This document shows positions 9,842-22,000 of a stretch of 64,000 nt of DNA, piece after piece. The translations under genes and the position numbers were made by a program. The notes beneath the pieces are model-generated. The model was not told the DNA's origin and ran no database searches. It worked only from the letters and a program-made list of their open reading frames with translations. Position 1 is the stretch's first letter. The number at the start of each line of letters is the position of its first letter. The DNA is from Diplonema japonicum (lineage: Eukaryota > Protista > Euglenozoa: Diplonemea), in NCBI GenBank assembly GCA_964019335.1, contig OZ025741.1, positions 124,001 to 188,000 on the forward strand. The letters run 5' to 3'.

Positions 9842-9975
9842 GCTGCCTGTTCGTCACCCTGAGCATCTGCGATACGTTCTTCCACTCGGGCGCTACCGGT
9901 GATGACCGACGAGGAGGTCAACAGCGAACAACACATCTGATGTACTTCTTATATTTCCATGTTATCCCCACCACC
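9842..9975 (-). ncRNA. Candidate HDV-like self-cleaving ribozyme
   Basis: Hand-paired nested double pseudoknot: P1 GGUGGUG (9975-9969)/CAUCACC (9904-9898); P2 GCUGUUG/CAG(G)CAGC; P3 ACC/GGU; L3 UCCUCGUC; P1.1 CC/GG; P4 CGCCC-GAGU/GCUC-A-GGGUG; J4/2 A-C-GAA with the putative catalytic C at 9853. Confidence 0.7.
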
Positions 9976-10096
9976 TAAAAAAAAAACGAAAACAAAAAAA
10001 CAAAAAAAAACTCCCCTCCGTTCCTCCTTTTTTTTTTTATTTAAAAAACTACAATCCCCATTTCTGTAAAGAAGCAGGGCTCCGAAAACAAAACGA

Positions 10097-10359
10097 TTAA
10101 ATTCTTTTCCTGCCAGTCTGCTTGTGCCCACGACGCATCACTGCGGTTGTAGGGGGTACGGCGGCCGTCTGTCGCAGCCGTTTTTGTTCAGGCAAATGAA
10201 AGGTGACCCTCCTGGGCCCTGAGTCAAACGACAAGCTGTCCATCTGCGGGCTTGAATGAGTGCTGGACAAGCCACAAGTCGAGTTGCAAGACGCACTGTC
10301 ATCGTGGGCATCAACAGAGACCATCGACTTGATCTCCGTCGTCACCTGACGAGACGCCT

Positions 10360-10400
<41 letters not shown>

Positions 10401-10957
10401 ACCTGTGCCTGTACCTGTGCCTGTACCTGGGGTGCACGCACTATCACCTTTTTGCCTGTGCCTGCTTTTGTCTCCCCGATGACAATCTTCACACCCAACG
10501 GGAACCCCCTGATCCTGGGGTTGAACTTCGACTCGGTCTTCGTCTTTGGGTCCCTCAAGATACTCACTGGTCGGTACCCCGGGACACGGGTAGGGGCCAC
10601 AGGGACATGGACATGAACAGGTGCAGGTGCAGTGGCAGCTATGGTTTTCTCCTTGGGGGTATCCTTGGGGGTATCCTGTTTGCTTTCATTTGTGCTGCCT
10701 TCGTGGGGCGGTGCTTTGTTTTTTTCTCGTTTTTCTATTATGTCTGCGGGCGGTACAGAGGCATGGACCTCCCTTTCAGGGGGAGGGCTGAAAACATGCC
10801 TAATTAGCAAAGACAGGGACAAACACGCCACTGCCACAGGAACAAACAGGGGCCACAAACCGTCGCTGCCCCATATTTGCCACCTCTCGCTGCAGCACCC
10901 TGCCTCCCCGTTCCCACATAGCTCATGCTGGTACAGAACACACCCGCTGTTCATCAT
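10097..10957 (-). CDS. Hypothetical 286-aa membrane-anchored low-complexity protein
   Basis: ATG ORF with hydrophobic LWPLFVPVAVACLSLSLLI segment and a QAQV/QAQA tract. Confidence 0.65.
10360..10429. repeat. Coding hexanucleotide microsatellite (CCTGTG/CCTGTA)n encoding QA/QV
   Basis: Directly visible, about 11 units. Confidence 0.9.
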
Positions 10958-11488
10958 AGAGGTTGCATGCTGTGGGGTGTCGAAAGAGAGATGAAAACAC
11001 TTTTATTGCGAATATACCATGTATCTTGTGAAGAAAGAAAAGGAACAAAAAGGAAAGCCGCCGATGAGCTCAAATAAAGGGGATATTTCGAGCCACGCGC
11101 AAGGGAAGGAGGGGACAGAAAAAGAAAGAATCCCGAAGGACAGACGTTGGAAGAAGAGGAAAATGTGAAGCAAAAAAAAAAAAAAAGAGATGGGTCGCGA
11201 TCGGGGGCACAACCGAAAGGACGCGTTGGGAAGGGGAAAGGGTTCCCCGTTTTTTTTTTTTTTTTTTCCTTCCCTTCTTTTTATTTTTTTTTATTTTTAT
11301 TCAAGAAACAAATGAAAAAAAAAAAAAAGAAGAGAAAAAAATTTTAAAAAAAAAAAAAAACATCAGAAGGGTACAAAACAAAGTCGCATCGAGTGCTTCC
11401 TCCGAAGGACAGTACCGTATAGATCAATAATCATCCCAAAAAAAAAAAAAATAATAATAATAATAATAATATAGAAACAAACTAATCA

Positions 11489-12445
11489 TCACAGCATAGC
11501 ACGCAACCGGGGAACAATGGTCCCGTTAGCAATGAATTCGTACCCCGCACCAGGGCAGTGTGGACAGAAGCAGTTTTGAATCCCGAAACAGTCGGCGTTC
11601 GGGATAGGACCACATTTGTTGACAATGGGAGTGTGCATATCGAGCGTGGGAATTCCGTGTGATGACATGACACCCGCTGCCATCTTGTTAAGTGCTTGGA
11701 CATTGTAGTCAGAAGACATACTGCACATCATAGGTGATGTCAGTGCGAAGAGCAGCTTCGTAGAAGGCAGTGCCGCTTTTAACTGCCCTGCAATGTTGTT
11801 GAGCTGTTCCTTGTACACAGTGGTGTTGCCCTGCTGCCCAGGGATCGTAGCGTTGCCTAGCGGGCCGTCGTGAAGACCGAAGTTGAACATCAAAACCTCA
11901 GGGTGCAGCTCCACCCCGCTTGGGGAGCTCAAAAAATATTTCAAACATTGTTGCCCGTACGCTGTCTCCTCTGCTCCACCATCAGACACATCCCATGGTG
12001 TGTGCTGAATCAACGCTTCGGTTTTCATGATGCTAGCGACGTAGGGCGTGTAGCCGATACTGACGCTGTCGCCCAGGATCATGATGTTGGGTAGAGTGGT
12101 GCTCATAGGGATGGAGGGTCCTGGTTTGCAAACCGCTTTGCTGACGGCCACTGCGGTGTTGTCGGGGTTTTCGCATGTGAAGATTTCGCTGTAGCTAGAC
12201 CCGGATTTCGGGATGCACTTGGTTCCGGAGGGGCAGCACATGTAGCCTCCGGGACAACAGGTTGCGTTGGGCCACGGGCAGCAGCCTTTGCCGCTTACGC
12301 TGAAACCGGCATCACAGCAAGTTGCTTCTGAGTCGCAGCGCGTTGTCTCATAAGGTGTTTTCCCAGCCACACACAACTGTGGCCATTCGCTGCCTTGACT
12401 TGCTCCCATGGCCGCCATTGCAATTGCCAAACCGAGGGTTTGCAT
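11489..12445 (-). CDS. Secreted granulin-like domain + SGNH/GDSL hydrolase fusion (318 aa)
   Basis: Signal-like MQTLGLAIAMAAMGASQG; C..CC..CC..CC..CC..C granulin spacing; block I ILGDSVSIGY; block III FNFGLHD; C-terminal His in CFCPHC. Confidence 0.8.
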   Translation of the reverse strand: MQTLGLAIAMAAMGASQGSEWPQLCVAGKTPYETTRCDSEATCCDAGFSVSGKGCCPWPNATCCPGGYMCCPSGTKCIPKSGSSYSEIFTCENPDNTAVAVSKAVCKPGPSIPMSTTLPNIMILGDSVSIGYTPYVASIMKTEALIQHTPWDVSDGGAEETAYGQQCLKYFLSSPSGVELHPEVLMFNFGLHDGPLGNATIPGQQGNTTVYKEQLNNIAGQLKAALPSTKLLFALTSPMMCSMSSDYNVQALNKMAAGVMSSHGIPTLDMHTPIVNKCGPIPNADCFGIQNCFCPHCPGAGYEFIANGTIVPRLRAML

Positions 12446-12476
12446 TTTTCTTTTTTTTTTTAAACCCTTTGCCAGC

Positions 12477-12512
<36 letters not shown>

Positions 12513-12939
12513 TAGCCCCAATGAAAGTAAAATATATCCGGACCCCCCGGGTAAAAAAAAACACAAGAATAATTGTTCATGACCATCGACCGTAAAAGGA
12601 AGGAAAGAAAAAAAAACAGAAACTGAACGGACGGTTGGAGGGGGGGGGGGGGGGGGGGAAATGTAAGTGAAAAGATTGAAAAGGAGGAGAAAAAAAAAGG
12701 GGGGGAATAAGAGTTTGCGAAATGGGGGAAAAAAAAAAAGAGGGGAAAGAAACAAGATAATGTTCTTTTTGTTCTCCTCTGTGTGTGTTCTTTTTTTTTC
12801 CCCACTGTTTTCTCGCTTCTCAGTCCTCCTTTTATTTTTGTTTTTTTCTTCTTTTTTTTTTCTTCTACTACTATTGTTTTCTTTTTTTTTTCCCTTCTTT
12901 TTTTAAAGTGGTTTCACGCTTCGTGATCTAACAGAAAAC

Positions 12940-12992
<53 letters not shown>

Positions 12993-13057
12993 GGAAATGG
13001 GGGGATCTAGATAAAACCTACCCAGCAGTTAAGCGGTGTTTTTTCTTTTTTTTTTTA

Positions 13058-16000
13058 TCAAACAGGAAGATGGTAAAACTCACTATCCGTCCCGGAAACA
13101 GCCCCATGTGAATAATTGTTTCGCGAATTCTTAAACTGACTGTTCGTGGTGGGAGAAGTAGAAGGCAGGGGGTTGGGAGGGGGAGGAATATCTATCATCT
13201 GCCCACGGCCATTGCTGTACCTGTTTTGCCGAAAGTGCCCAGGGGTGTCCAGACTGTTGTAAGACTGGAGCGGAGGGAGGCCTTCAGGGTGGCCAACATC
13301 ATAATCTTCAGTCCCAAGAGTGACAAGCGGATCATCATCTGGGTTATACCGATAGGGTACAGTATTCACCTCTGCGAACGTCGGCCTCCCGACGGATCCA
13401 AGCCCAGCCTCATATCCCAACCCGTTCACTAGACTGTCACTCGGACCATCTGACACCACATCATCCCTTGGTACGTGTTCCGGCTTATTCGCCATTTCGT
13501 TCTGCGTTTCTTCTAGCGGGTCGTACCCAGGCTGGTACTCGTCGAACCTGGCCAGGTCCTCTTTCTTTTCCTTTTTCTTTTTCGCCATGTACACCATCAG
13601 CCCTACGCAGCACAGCGCCACCGCAATCGCCACCAATATTATCGGAAGCGCCTTTTGTGTGGTGGATTTATATAATTTTTGCGTACCGAGTTGTTACCGC
13701 CGCTGCTATCGGGGCTGCTTGTTGCCGTTGAGGCAGCACATGCATTCGAGGACTGTTTTTTTTTTTTATATTTTTATAATTTCTTTTGTATCGTCGCATA
13801 CCCATTCACATGAATCAGAAGGTGCTATACATGCCGACTGGACCAGTCTCGCATCGCACGCTGTGCTTGTGTGGATCTCCGTCACTGACATGCTTGTGCA
13901 AAATGTGCCAGTAGGACACGGGGCCGCCTGTTTTTTTTTTCTTTTTTAATTTCTTTTTTCTGGGGGGTGCGCACCTGTTCCTGCAGTGTTGTCATCAGCT
14001 CTGTGGCCGACTTGCCGTCGTTTGGCTGTACGCCTGATGTTGCTGACAGGTCGGCAGCCTTCCCGTAGAAGGACAACGTCACCCTACCGTCCGCAAGGCT
14101 AGCTTTGATCCTGTGGACATGTGGCATTGTGTGTGCAATGAGCCATACCTAGTGGGGGATATGCCAAGCCTTGCGGCCAGTGCGTCTTTCCATGCAGTGA
14201 TGTCGGTTGCTGTGGTTGTGAGTACAACCGCTTTGCTCTCAGGACCCACGGGGGTCGAACAGTTGGCCCGCATCATCGGCTGAACCCCTTGAGCCGGTGC
14301 GCTGCACCTGCATTGCCATGTGTTGAGGTTCTTCTGGTCAGTGTCCACGCAGTCCTGTCCTGACCCGCATGCTGTGTTGCCAGCACATTCATCCACGGTT
14401 CCAGGATTGCTGCTCACAATACACCTCCCGTCCTGGCATGCGCCTGTCAAGCACGGGGAACCGTTCGCCTTGTTGCTCTGTTTACAGGTCTTCCCTTCGC
14501 ACCAGGCGACAGTGCACAGCGGCTCAGAGGGGATACACAGGTTGCCCTCCGTGCAACGTGATGCCCCAATGCACGTCCCGGCAAAGCAAAGGTCGTTCGT
14601 AGTCGACTTGTTCCCATCGTTGCACACCCTGCCGTCGGGCACCAGCGGCTGCGTGCATGAACCTGACAAGCATTGCCCCACCGCGTGGCATTGGGACACC
14701 GCAAGGCATGGCTTTGCTGCACACGCTGCGTCTAGGACACCCAAGCATGTCCCATCGATACATCTGTCGCTGATGGTGGATGGGTTGCCATCGTTGCATG
14801 TTGTGCCGTCGGCCAGCTTCACCTGCACGCAAGATGGGCCCTCACAGCGCACTGACATGCAGTTCCCGATCGCTTTGCACAATGTAGCACCGCATATGAG
14901 CTGCCCCGTGCAGACCCCCGACACGCAGACGTCGTAGATGGTGGCGGAGCGCCCGTCGTTGCAAGGCGTGTCGCTGAGTGCTTCAGCCGTGCATAGCCCT
15001 GTCACGGGGTCGCAGGCGCTGGAAACACAGGCATTGCTTTGAGTGCATGTCACACCCTTGCACTTGTTGGGTGTGCCGCAGACTCCGTTCAAGCAGGCCC
15101 CCGTGCTGCACAGGGTTCCGTCGTACCGAGGTGCCACAACACAGTTGCCGCCTATGTCGCAGGTAGCATATTTGCACTCGTCGGCCACAGGGCACTGTAA
15201 GCCGTTGCAGGAAACAGTGCCTACGCAAACCCCGCTGCTGCACGTATCAGCGATGGTGAGCACGTCGAGGTCGCTGCAGGTGCGCCCGTCTTGTACCCAG
15301 TTACCCTTGCATGTTTGTGAAGCAGCGTCGCACTTCACGTTCGTCATGCAGTCAGTGTCCTTGCACTTCGCGAAGGGGCAGATGTTTGTGTCCACGCAAA
15401 GCCCTGCAGAGCACTCGCCACGTGAGCAAGAGGTGCCGTCCGCTATGCTTGCAACATCGCAGCCTGGGTTGCAGGTTGGCCTCGTGCACTCAGCATCGTG
15501 AGGCGGGCAGAGGTCACCGTTGCAGGAAATGGTTACAAGACACACGTTTCCGGAGCACTTCCCTGCAGTTCCAGAGACAGTGCACACGGTTCCTGACGGC
15601 TTCGTAGGTGATGTACACTTCCCTGTCGATGGTATGCATGCACCTGGGTTGTGGCATTCACTCCGAGCAGTGCAGGTGACACCAGAGCACAAGTCAACCC
15701 CGGCGCAAAGGCCACCGATGCACACATCGTCCACCGTCCTCGTGTTGCCGTCGTTACATTTGGAGCCGTTCACTGCGTTCACGAACGCGCACTGCCCGTT
15801 GCAGGCCACCACCTTACACTGCGGTGCAGCACTGCAAAGCACCCCGTTGCAGGTAACTGTGTTTGAATTTTTCATCATAGCTGAAATATGTCATACCTCT
15901 CCCTCGGCAGATGCCTTGCGAACATGCGTCCTCCGTAGTTGTGATTTCGCCGTCGTTGCAACTGGACCCGTCGGGGAAGGGCTGCTCAAAGCAGAGACCT

Positions 16001-19000
16001 GTTCGGGGGTCACAGCCAGCTTGCTTCATGCATTCTCTCTGCGGGCAAGACCGAGTGTTGCAATAGTCTGTGGTGTTTGTGGTAATATATAAATCGGGCA
16101 TACCTTGTCCCGTGCAGATGCCGTTGATGCAGACATCGTCAAAGGTAGTGTCTCTTCCGTCGTCGCAGGGGGTCCCGTCAGAGACAACCTGATGGATACA
16201 TGTGGTGTTGAGACAGAAGGCATATGTGCATTGCGACTTTGCAGCACACGCCGTCCCACCGCACGCTGCGACCTCCGTGCACCTCCCTCCAATGCACCGT
16301 TCAGAGACAGTCGATGCCACGCCATCGTTGCAAGTGCTGCCGTCCATCTTCTTCGGTGTACTGCAGATACCCGTCAAAGGGTTGCATATGCCCACCTCCC
16401 CGCAGTCGTCCTTAGCAGTGCATACAACAGAAACGCACAGGTCATCTCCTACGCAGACACCTATTTTGCACACATCGGTGATCGTAGCATCCTTGCCGTC
16501 ATCGCACGGTGTGAAGTCAGGCGCTCTAGTCTCAGAGCACATGTTCGCACTATTGCACACACTGCGCTTGCACATAGGCTCGGAAACGTTGCATTTTATC
16601 CCGCCGCATGTGACGTCAGGTGTGCAGACGCCCATAAGACACGACCCAGCACTGCACGGAGTACCGTCCGTCTTCTTCGGGTACGCGTAGCACACCCCGC
16701 TGCTAGGGTTGCACGTTGTGTCTATCTCACATTCCGTCCTAGCGGTGCATGCCACACCTGAACACTTATCGACCCCCCTGCAGATGCCGCTTTCGCAGCG
16801 GTCATTTTGCGTACCTACTTTCATGTCGTTGCATTGAGTGCCATCAATGACAGCCACTTCGGTACACTTCCCGTTGAAGCACCCGGACCTGAAACAGATT
16901 GGAGGATCGGTTGTACATGCCTCAGTACAATTTGGGCTGCCCACACACACGCCCGACATGCACAAGTCGGAGTCAGTGGTGGGGTCGTTGTCATCGCAGG
17001 CGGTGCCGTCGACGACGAACTTGTCGACACACAGACCTGTCTGCGGATCGCATTTCGCAACAGTGTGGCACGGTCTACTCGTGCATTTTGTCGTCAGACA
17101 TCTGTTCACTCCCTCGCACACACCAGCGCTGCATATGTCGTTGACTGTCGACGGGTTGCCGTCGTTGCAGGTGGTGCCGTCAGGCTTCGGGGCACTCCCA
17201 CAAGTGCCGGAGTTGCAGACCGCATACATGCAGTTTGGCTCTGAAGGGACACACGAAGTGTTGGCACAAATGGTGGACACAATGCAAACACCCTTGCCGC
17301 ACACACCCATGGTGCCGTTCACCACCCCGCACTCCGTTCCTTCAGGTGCTGGTCTATCGATGCACGTTCCGTTCACGGGGCTGCACGAACCAATAGTGCA
17401 GGGCGTGTTTGGGCATGAACTCCCCGCGCAGGCATCTGTCCCCTTGCACACCCCTTTGGCGCACTTGTCCCCTATGGTGTGAGGATTGTTGTCACTGCAC
17501 AACGTGCCGTCGGGCAGTGGATCATTAACACACGTCATGCTGTTGACGCATTTGACAGCACTGCACTGAGGGTCAGTGGGTACGCAGTAAGTAGTTCCGC
17601 ACCTCAAACTGCCAGCGCACACACTCCCGTGGCATCTGTCAAGATCAGTGGCGGGGTTGGTGTCGCTACAGGTAGTGAAGATATCAGCAGGACGGCTCGA
17701 GCATCGCCCTGTCCGCGGGTCACATACGCCATCCTGTTGGCATGGCGAGGCACTAGCACAAGAAACACCACTGCACAGGTTGAACCCTGTGCACTTGCCC
17801 GCTTGGCACACGTCATTCACAGTGTCTACATTGCCATCGTTGCAAGGCATTCCGTCAGCGACAGGCCTCCCTGCACAAGTGTTGCTGACGCAGACCACCT
17901 CGCTGCACGTAGGGACTCGAGGCATGCATGTTGTTGTACCGCACACAAGTGTACCTCTGCACACACCCGACAAGCACATGTCGTCCATTGTAGTAGGGTT
18001 GCCATCGTTACACGGAATCCTCTCTGGCTTAAGTTCTTCGATGCACTCTCCCGTGACAGGGTTGCACGTAGATGTGTGACACGAGTCGCCGGGGGTACAG
18101 ATCTTCCTGAAGCACAAATCGGTGCCGACGCACTTGCCATTGACGCAGATGTCATTCTCTGTTTGCTGATTCTCATCGTTGCAAGGAATGCCGTCGGGTA
18201 GTATAACTTCCACACATTGGTCGTTTTGACACTCGGACCTCGCACACTTAATATTCTGCTGTTTGCAGGGAACGTTCGCGCACATTAAATCACCTATGCA
18301 CGTGCCTGCCACGCACCTATCGTTGGTTGTGAGCGGGCTTCCGTCGTCACACTGCTGCCCTGCCGGCATGGGTGGGTCCGTGCAGGCACCACCGCGACAC
18401 ATGCCCACAGAGTGGCACTGGTCGCTGGCCGCACATATCACTCCGGCGCAGATGTCTTCACCTCCGCAGACACCACTTGTGCACTGGTCATTGACGGTGC
18501 CCGACAAACGATCGTCACACGGAACACCGTTAGGCACTATCGTTTGGACACACTTGTCATTCTGGCATGATGCCTCGTGGCATGCATCAATTGCTTTGCA
18601 CTCTACAGCACAGGCTACCTTGCCCACACACGTTCCGTACTGACACCTGTCGTCTGTCGTCATGCTATTACCATCGTCACACACCGCACCGTCCTGTTTC
18701 GCAGGATATATGCAGAGCCCGTTCTTTGGATCGCAAGTTCCCGTCAGGCTGCATGGCCCCACATTGCTGCACGTCACCGTCGCGCACAAATCTCTGCCCA
18801 TACACTTGCCATTCTCGCACATGTCATCCACTGTTTTAGGGTTGTTGTCGTTGCATGCAGTGCCGTCGTGGACCGTTCTCTGAATACAGACTTCATTTTC
18901 GCAAGTTGCCAGGTGACAGTGAGGTTCCGTGGGTCTGCAAAGATCGTTCTTGCACACGATAGGGGAGATGCATGCCCCTGCCTGGCACAGGTCGTTCGTA

Positions 19001-22000
19001 GTTGTTAGGTCGCCGTCATTGCAGGTGGACCCGTCTGGGAGACGCACGTCCACGCACAGTCCTGTTCTGATGTCACACTCGCTTACCTTGTGGCAAGCAT
19101 CGGGTTTGGTGCATATTATACCACTGCACTTTGATACTCCTTCGCACTTGCCCTGGTTGCAGGTGTCGAAGAACGTCTCGGGGTTGCCATCGTTGCAGTA
19201 GCCGTCTTTGAATTCGATGGCGCAGCCCCCACGTACACAGACAGGGACTTGGCATTCAGGTGATTGTGTGGTACAGGTGCGTGCGCCGCACACCACACCC
19301 CCACCACAAGACCCACCAGTGCACCTGTCGCCAACGGTGTTTGGATTCCCATCATCACACGACACTCCATCCAGCTTGGCAGGCATAGTGCATATCCCGG
19401 TTCGAGGGTCACAAGCCCCTGTTTCGTGACACTGCGAAGCAGGCGTGCAACTTACACCATCGCACTTATCCTCACCCCTGCATACACCTGCTGTGCAGAT
19501 GTCATTGAGCGTGAGTATGTTGCCGTCGTTGCAGGTGGAGCCGTCGTACCTAGCGCGCTGTGCACAGCTGCCCTGCGTGTTGCAATAAGGAGTGTAGCAC
19601 TCTCCAATCGGTTTGCACACTGCCCCACCACAAACCACTGTACCTCCACACACGCCATTTGTGCACTGGTCATCCACGGTCTGAGGTTCGTTGTCGTCAC
19701 AAGGAGTTGTCTCGGGTGCTAAAGGATCGGAACAAAGCCCGGTGCCTGGGTCACATGCACCTGCGATGTGACAGCTATCGCTTGGGGCGCACACAACGCC
19801 AGGACATCTATCGAGCATGCAGCAGGTGGTATCGCACCCACCAGAGGGACAGTTGACCAGGGGATGGTTTGCCACGAGCTGCGTTGACGAGCACTGCCTG
19901 ACGTCAAATGCAGAGCATTTTTCGCAGCAGATGGCTTCGTTGCAGTTACGGCACAACACAGATGACGCGTCAAAGCGTAGCACACATGTGGTTGGGGTGA
20001 ATGTATCACAGGTCGACAACGGGAGACCTTGACACACACCCGCCTTGCAGAACTCTTCATCTCCGCAAGGAGTGTCATCAGGAAGCATAGGAGCAGAACA
20101 CCTTCCTGTCAGAGGGTCACACACACCAGTAGAGTGGCATGAATCAACTTGTGTGCAAACCACGTTGAGACACTTGTTTATGCCCCTGCACACCCCCCCG
20201 GTGCATTTGTCTGTGACCGTTCGCCCATTGCCGTCGTCACACACAGACCCATCAGGCTTCACCACCTGTGTGCACCGAGAGCCCTGGCACACAGCAACGT
20301 GACAGGCATCTAAGGCCGTACATTTCACACCTTCACAGAATGTAGAGCCGATGCAGTTCCCAGCAAGGCACTCGCTCACAGTGCTGGCGGGGTCTTGATC
20401 GTCGCAAGGCGTGCTATCAGCCACGAGTTGGGTCATGCACAAGCCCGTCTCGGCCTCGCATGTAGCTGCAGTGTGACAGTCGTCTGGGAGTGTGCAGGGA
20501 TTTGCACATTTCGCCTCTCCGGCACATACACCACCAAGGCACCTGTCGCCCACTGTGGCGTCGTCCAGGTCATCGCAAGGCGTTCCGTCAGGACGTGTTG
20601 TCTCGGAGCAACCCCCCGAGGCAGTGCAGGGCCCTGCAGCAGTGCACTGAGATGACGGATAACACGCAGTGCCTGAACAGATGTCGCCCCTTGTGCAAAC
20701 ACCTGAGATGCACCTTTGCCCGTTACCGCAAACAGTCCCATCCGCCTTAGGTGGGTAGTCACACAGGCCTGAGCGAGGGTCGCACGTGCCAGAGTTTAAG
20801 CATGGATTTTGAACACGGCAGATGACATCCTCGCAGAGCAGAGTCCCTACGCAAGTACCCGACTGGCAGGTGTCCCCTACCGACAGGGTGTTGTCGTCGT
20901 TGCAATCAGTATTGTTGGCGAGAATGACCGGGACGCATGTGCTGCCGCTGCAAGTCACGGTGTGGCACCCATCTTTGCTGTTGCAGACATTGCTCCCACA
21001 CAAAATGTTGGAGATGCACACCCCTGAGATGCACTTCGACGTCGTGGCAGGGTTTCCATCGTCACATAAGATACCGTCGGCTTTCCTAGGGTCGGTGCAG
21101 AAGCCAGTCACGGGGTCACAGACACCTGCATTGTGGCATTGATCCGAGGGGTTACAAACGATGCCGGTGCACTTGTCAGTGATGACGCACACGCCCGCTT
21201 GGCAGGACCCAGCACGACCTGCGCAAGGAGCGCCGTCGGCTTTAGAGGGCGTAGTGCACATCCCAAGAGGAACATCGCACACACCCGGTGAATGGCACTC
21301 ATCAATGGGCGTGCAGACAAGGTTTTCGCATGGGTTCCTTCCAACGCACCGTCCAGCCAGGCACTGGTCGTCCATGGTCGAGTTGTTCTCATCATTGCAC
21401 GGCAAGCCATTCTCCTTGGGAACTTCTCCACACACCGTGCTATTGCATACTGCGTACGTGCAGGGCCCTGAGGGCACGCACGTCGAAGTACCGCATGCAA
21501 CTGTCCCGCTGCATCCTGTGCCAGGAATACACTGGTCATTTGCTGTCACCGTCCTTCCATCGTTACATGGGGTTCCCATTATCTGTGGTGGATCGCTGCA
21601 CTGGCCTGTCGCGGTATCGCAGACACCAGCAAGATGGCATTGATCGCTTGGTTGACACACAACACCGTTGCAGCGTGGCTCACCTCTACAGACGCCATTG
21701 ACACACTGGTCTGGGACAGTGTTGCTGTCGCCGTCATCGCAGGGCAACAAGTTCGGCTTCAAAGGGTTGGTGCACTTGCCGTTGGCCAGACACACGCCCA
21801 CAAGATGGCATTGACTCAAAGGATTGCAGATTACACCAGCACACAAGTCTACTCCGACACATTTACCGCCGTTGCAAGTATCGTTGCTTGTTCTCGGGTT
21901 TGTGTCGTCACACGGTGTGCCGTCGGTCACTGCAATGGTCGTGCATGACATCCCAGTACAGAGAACGTTGTGGCACGCATCGGGAGACTGACAGACGGAC

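Noticed and set aside
9899-9940. Plus-strand C/D snoRNA (GTGATGA...CTGA)
   Set aside because: Only ~42 nt and antisense to the cluster; the same bases are better explained by the ribozyme core on the minus strand.
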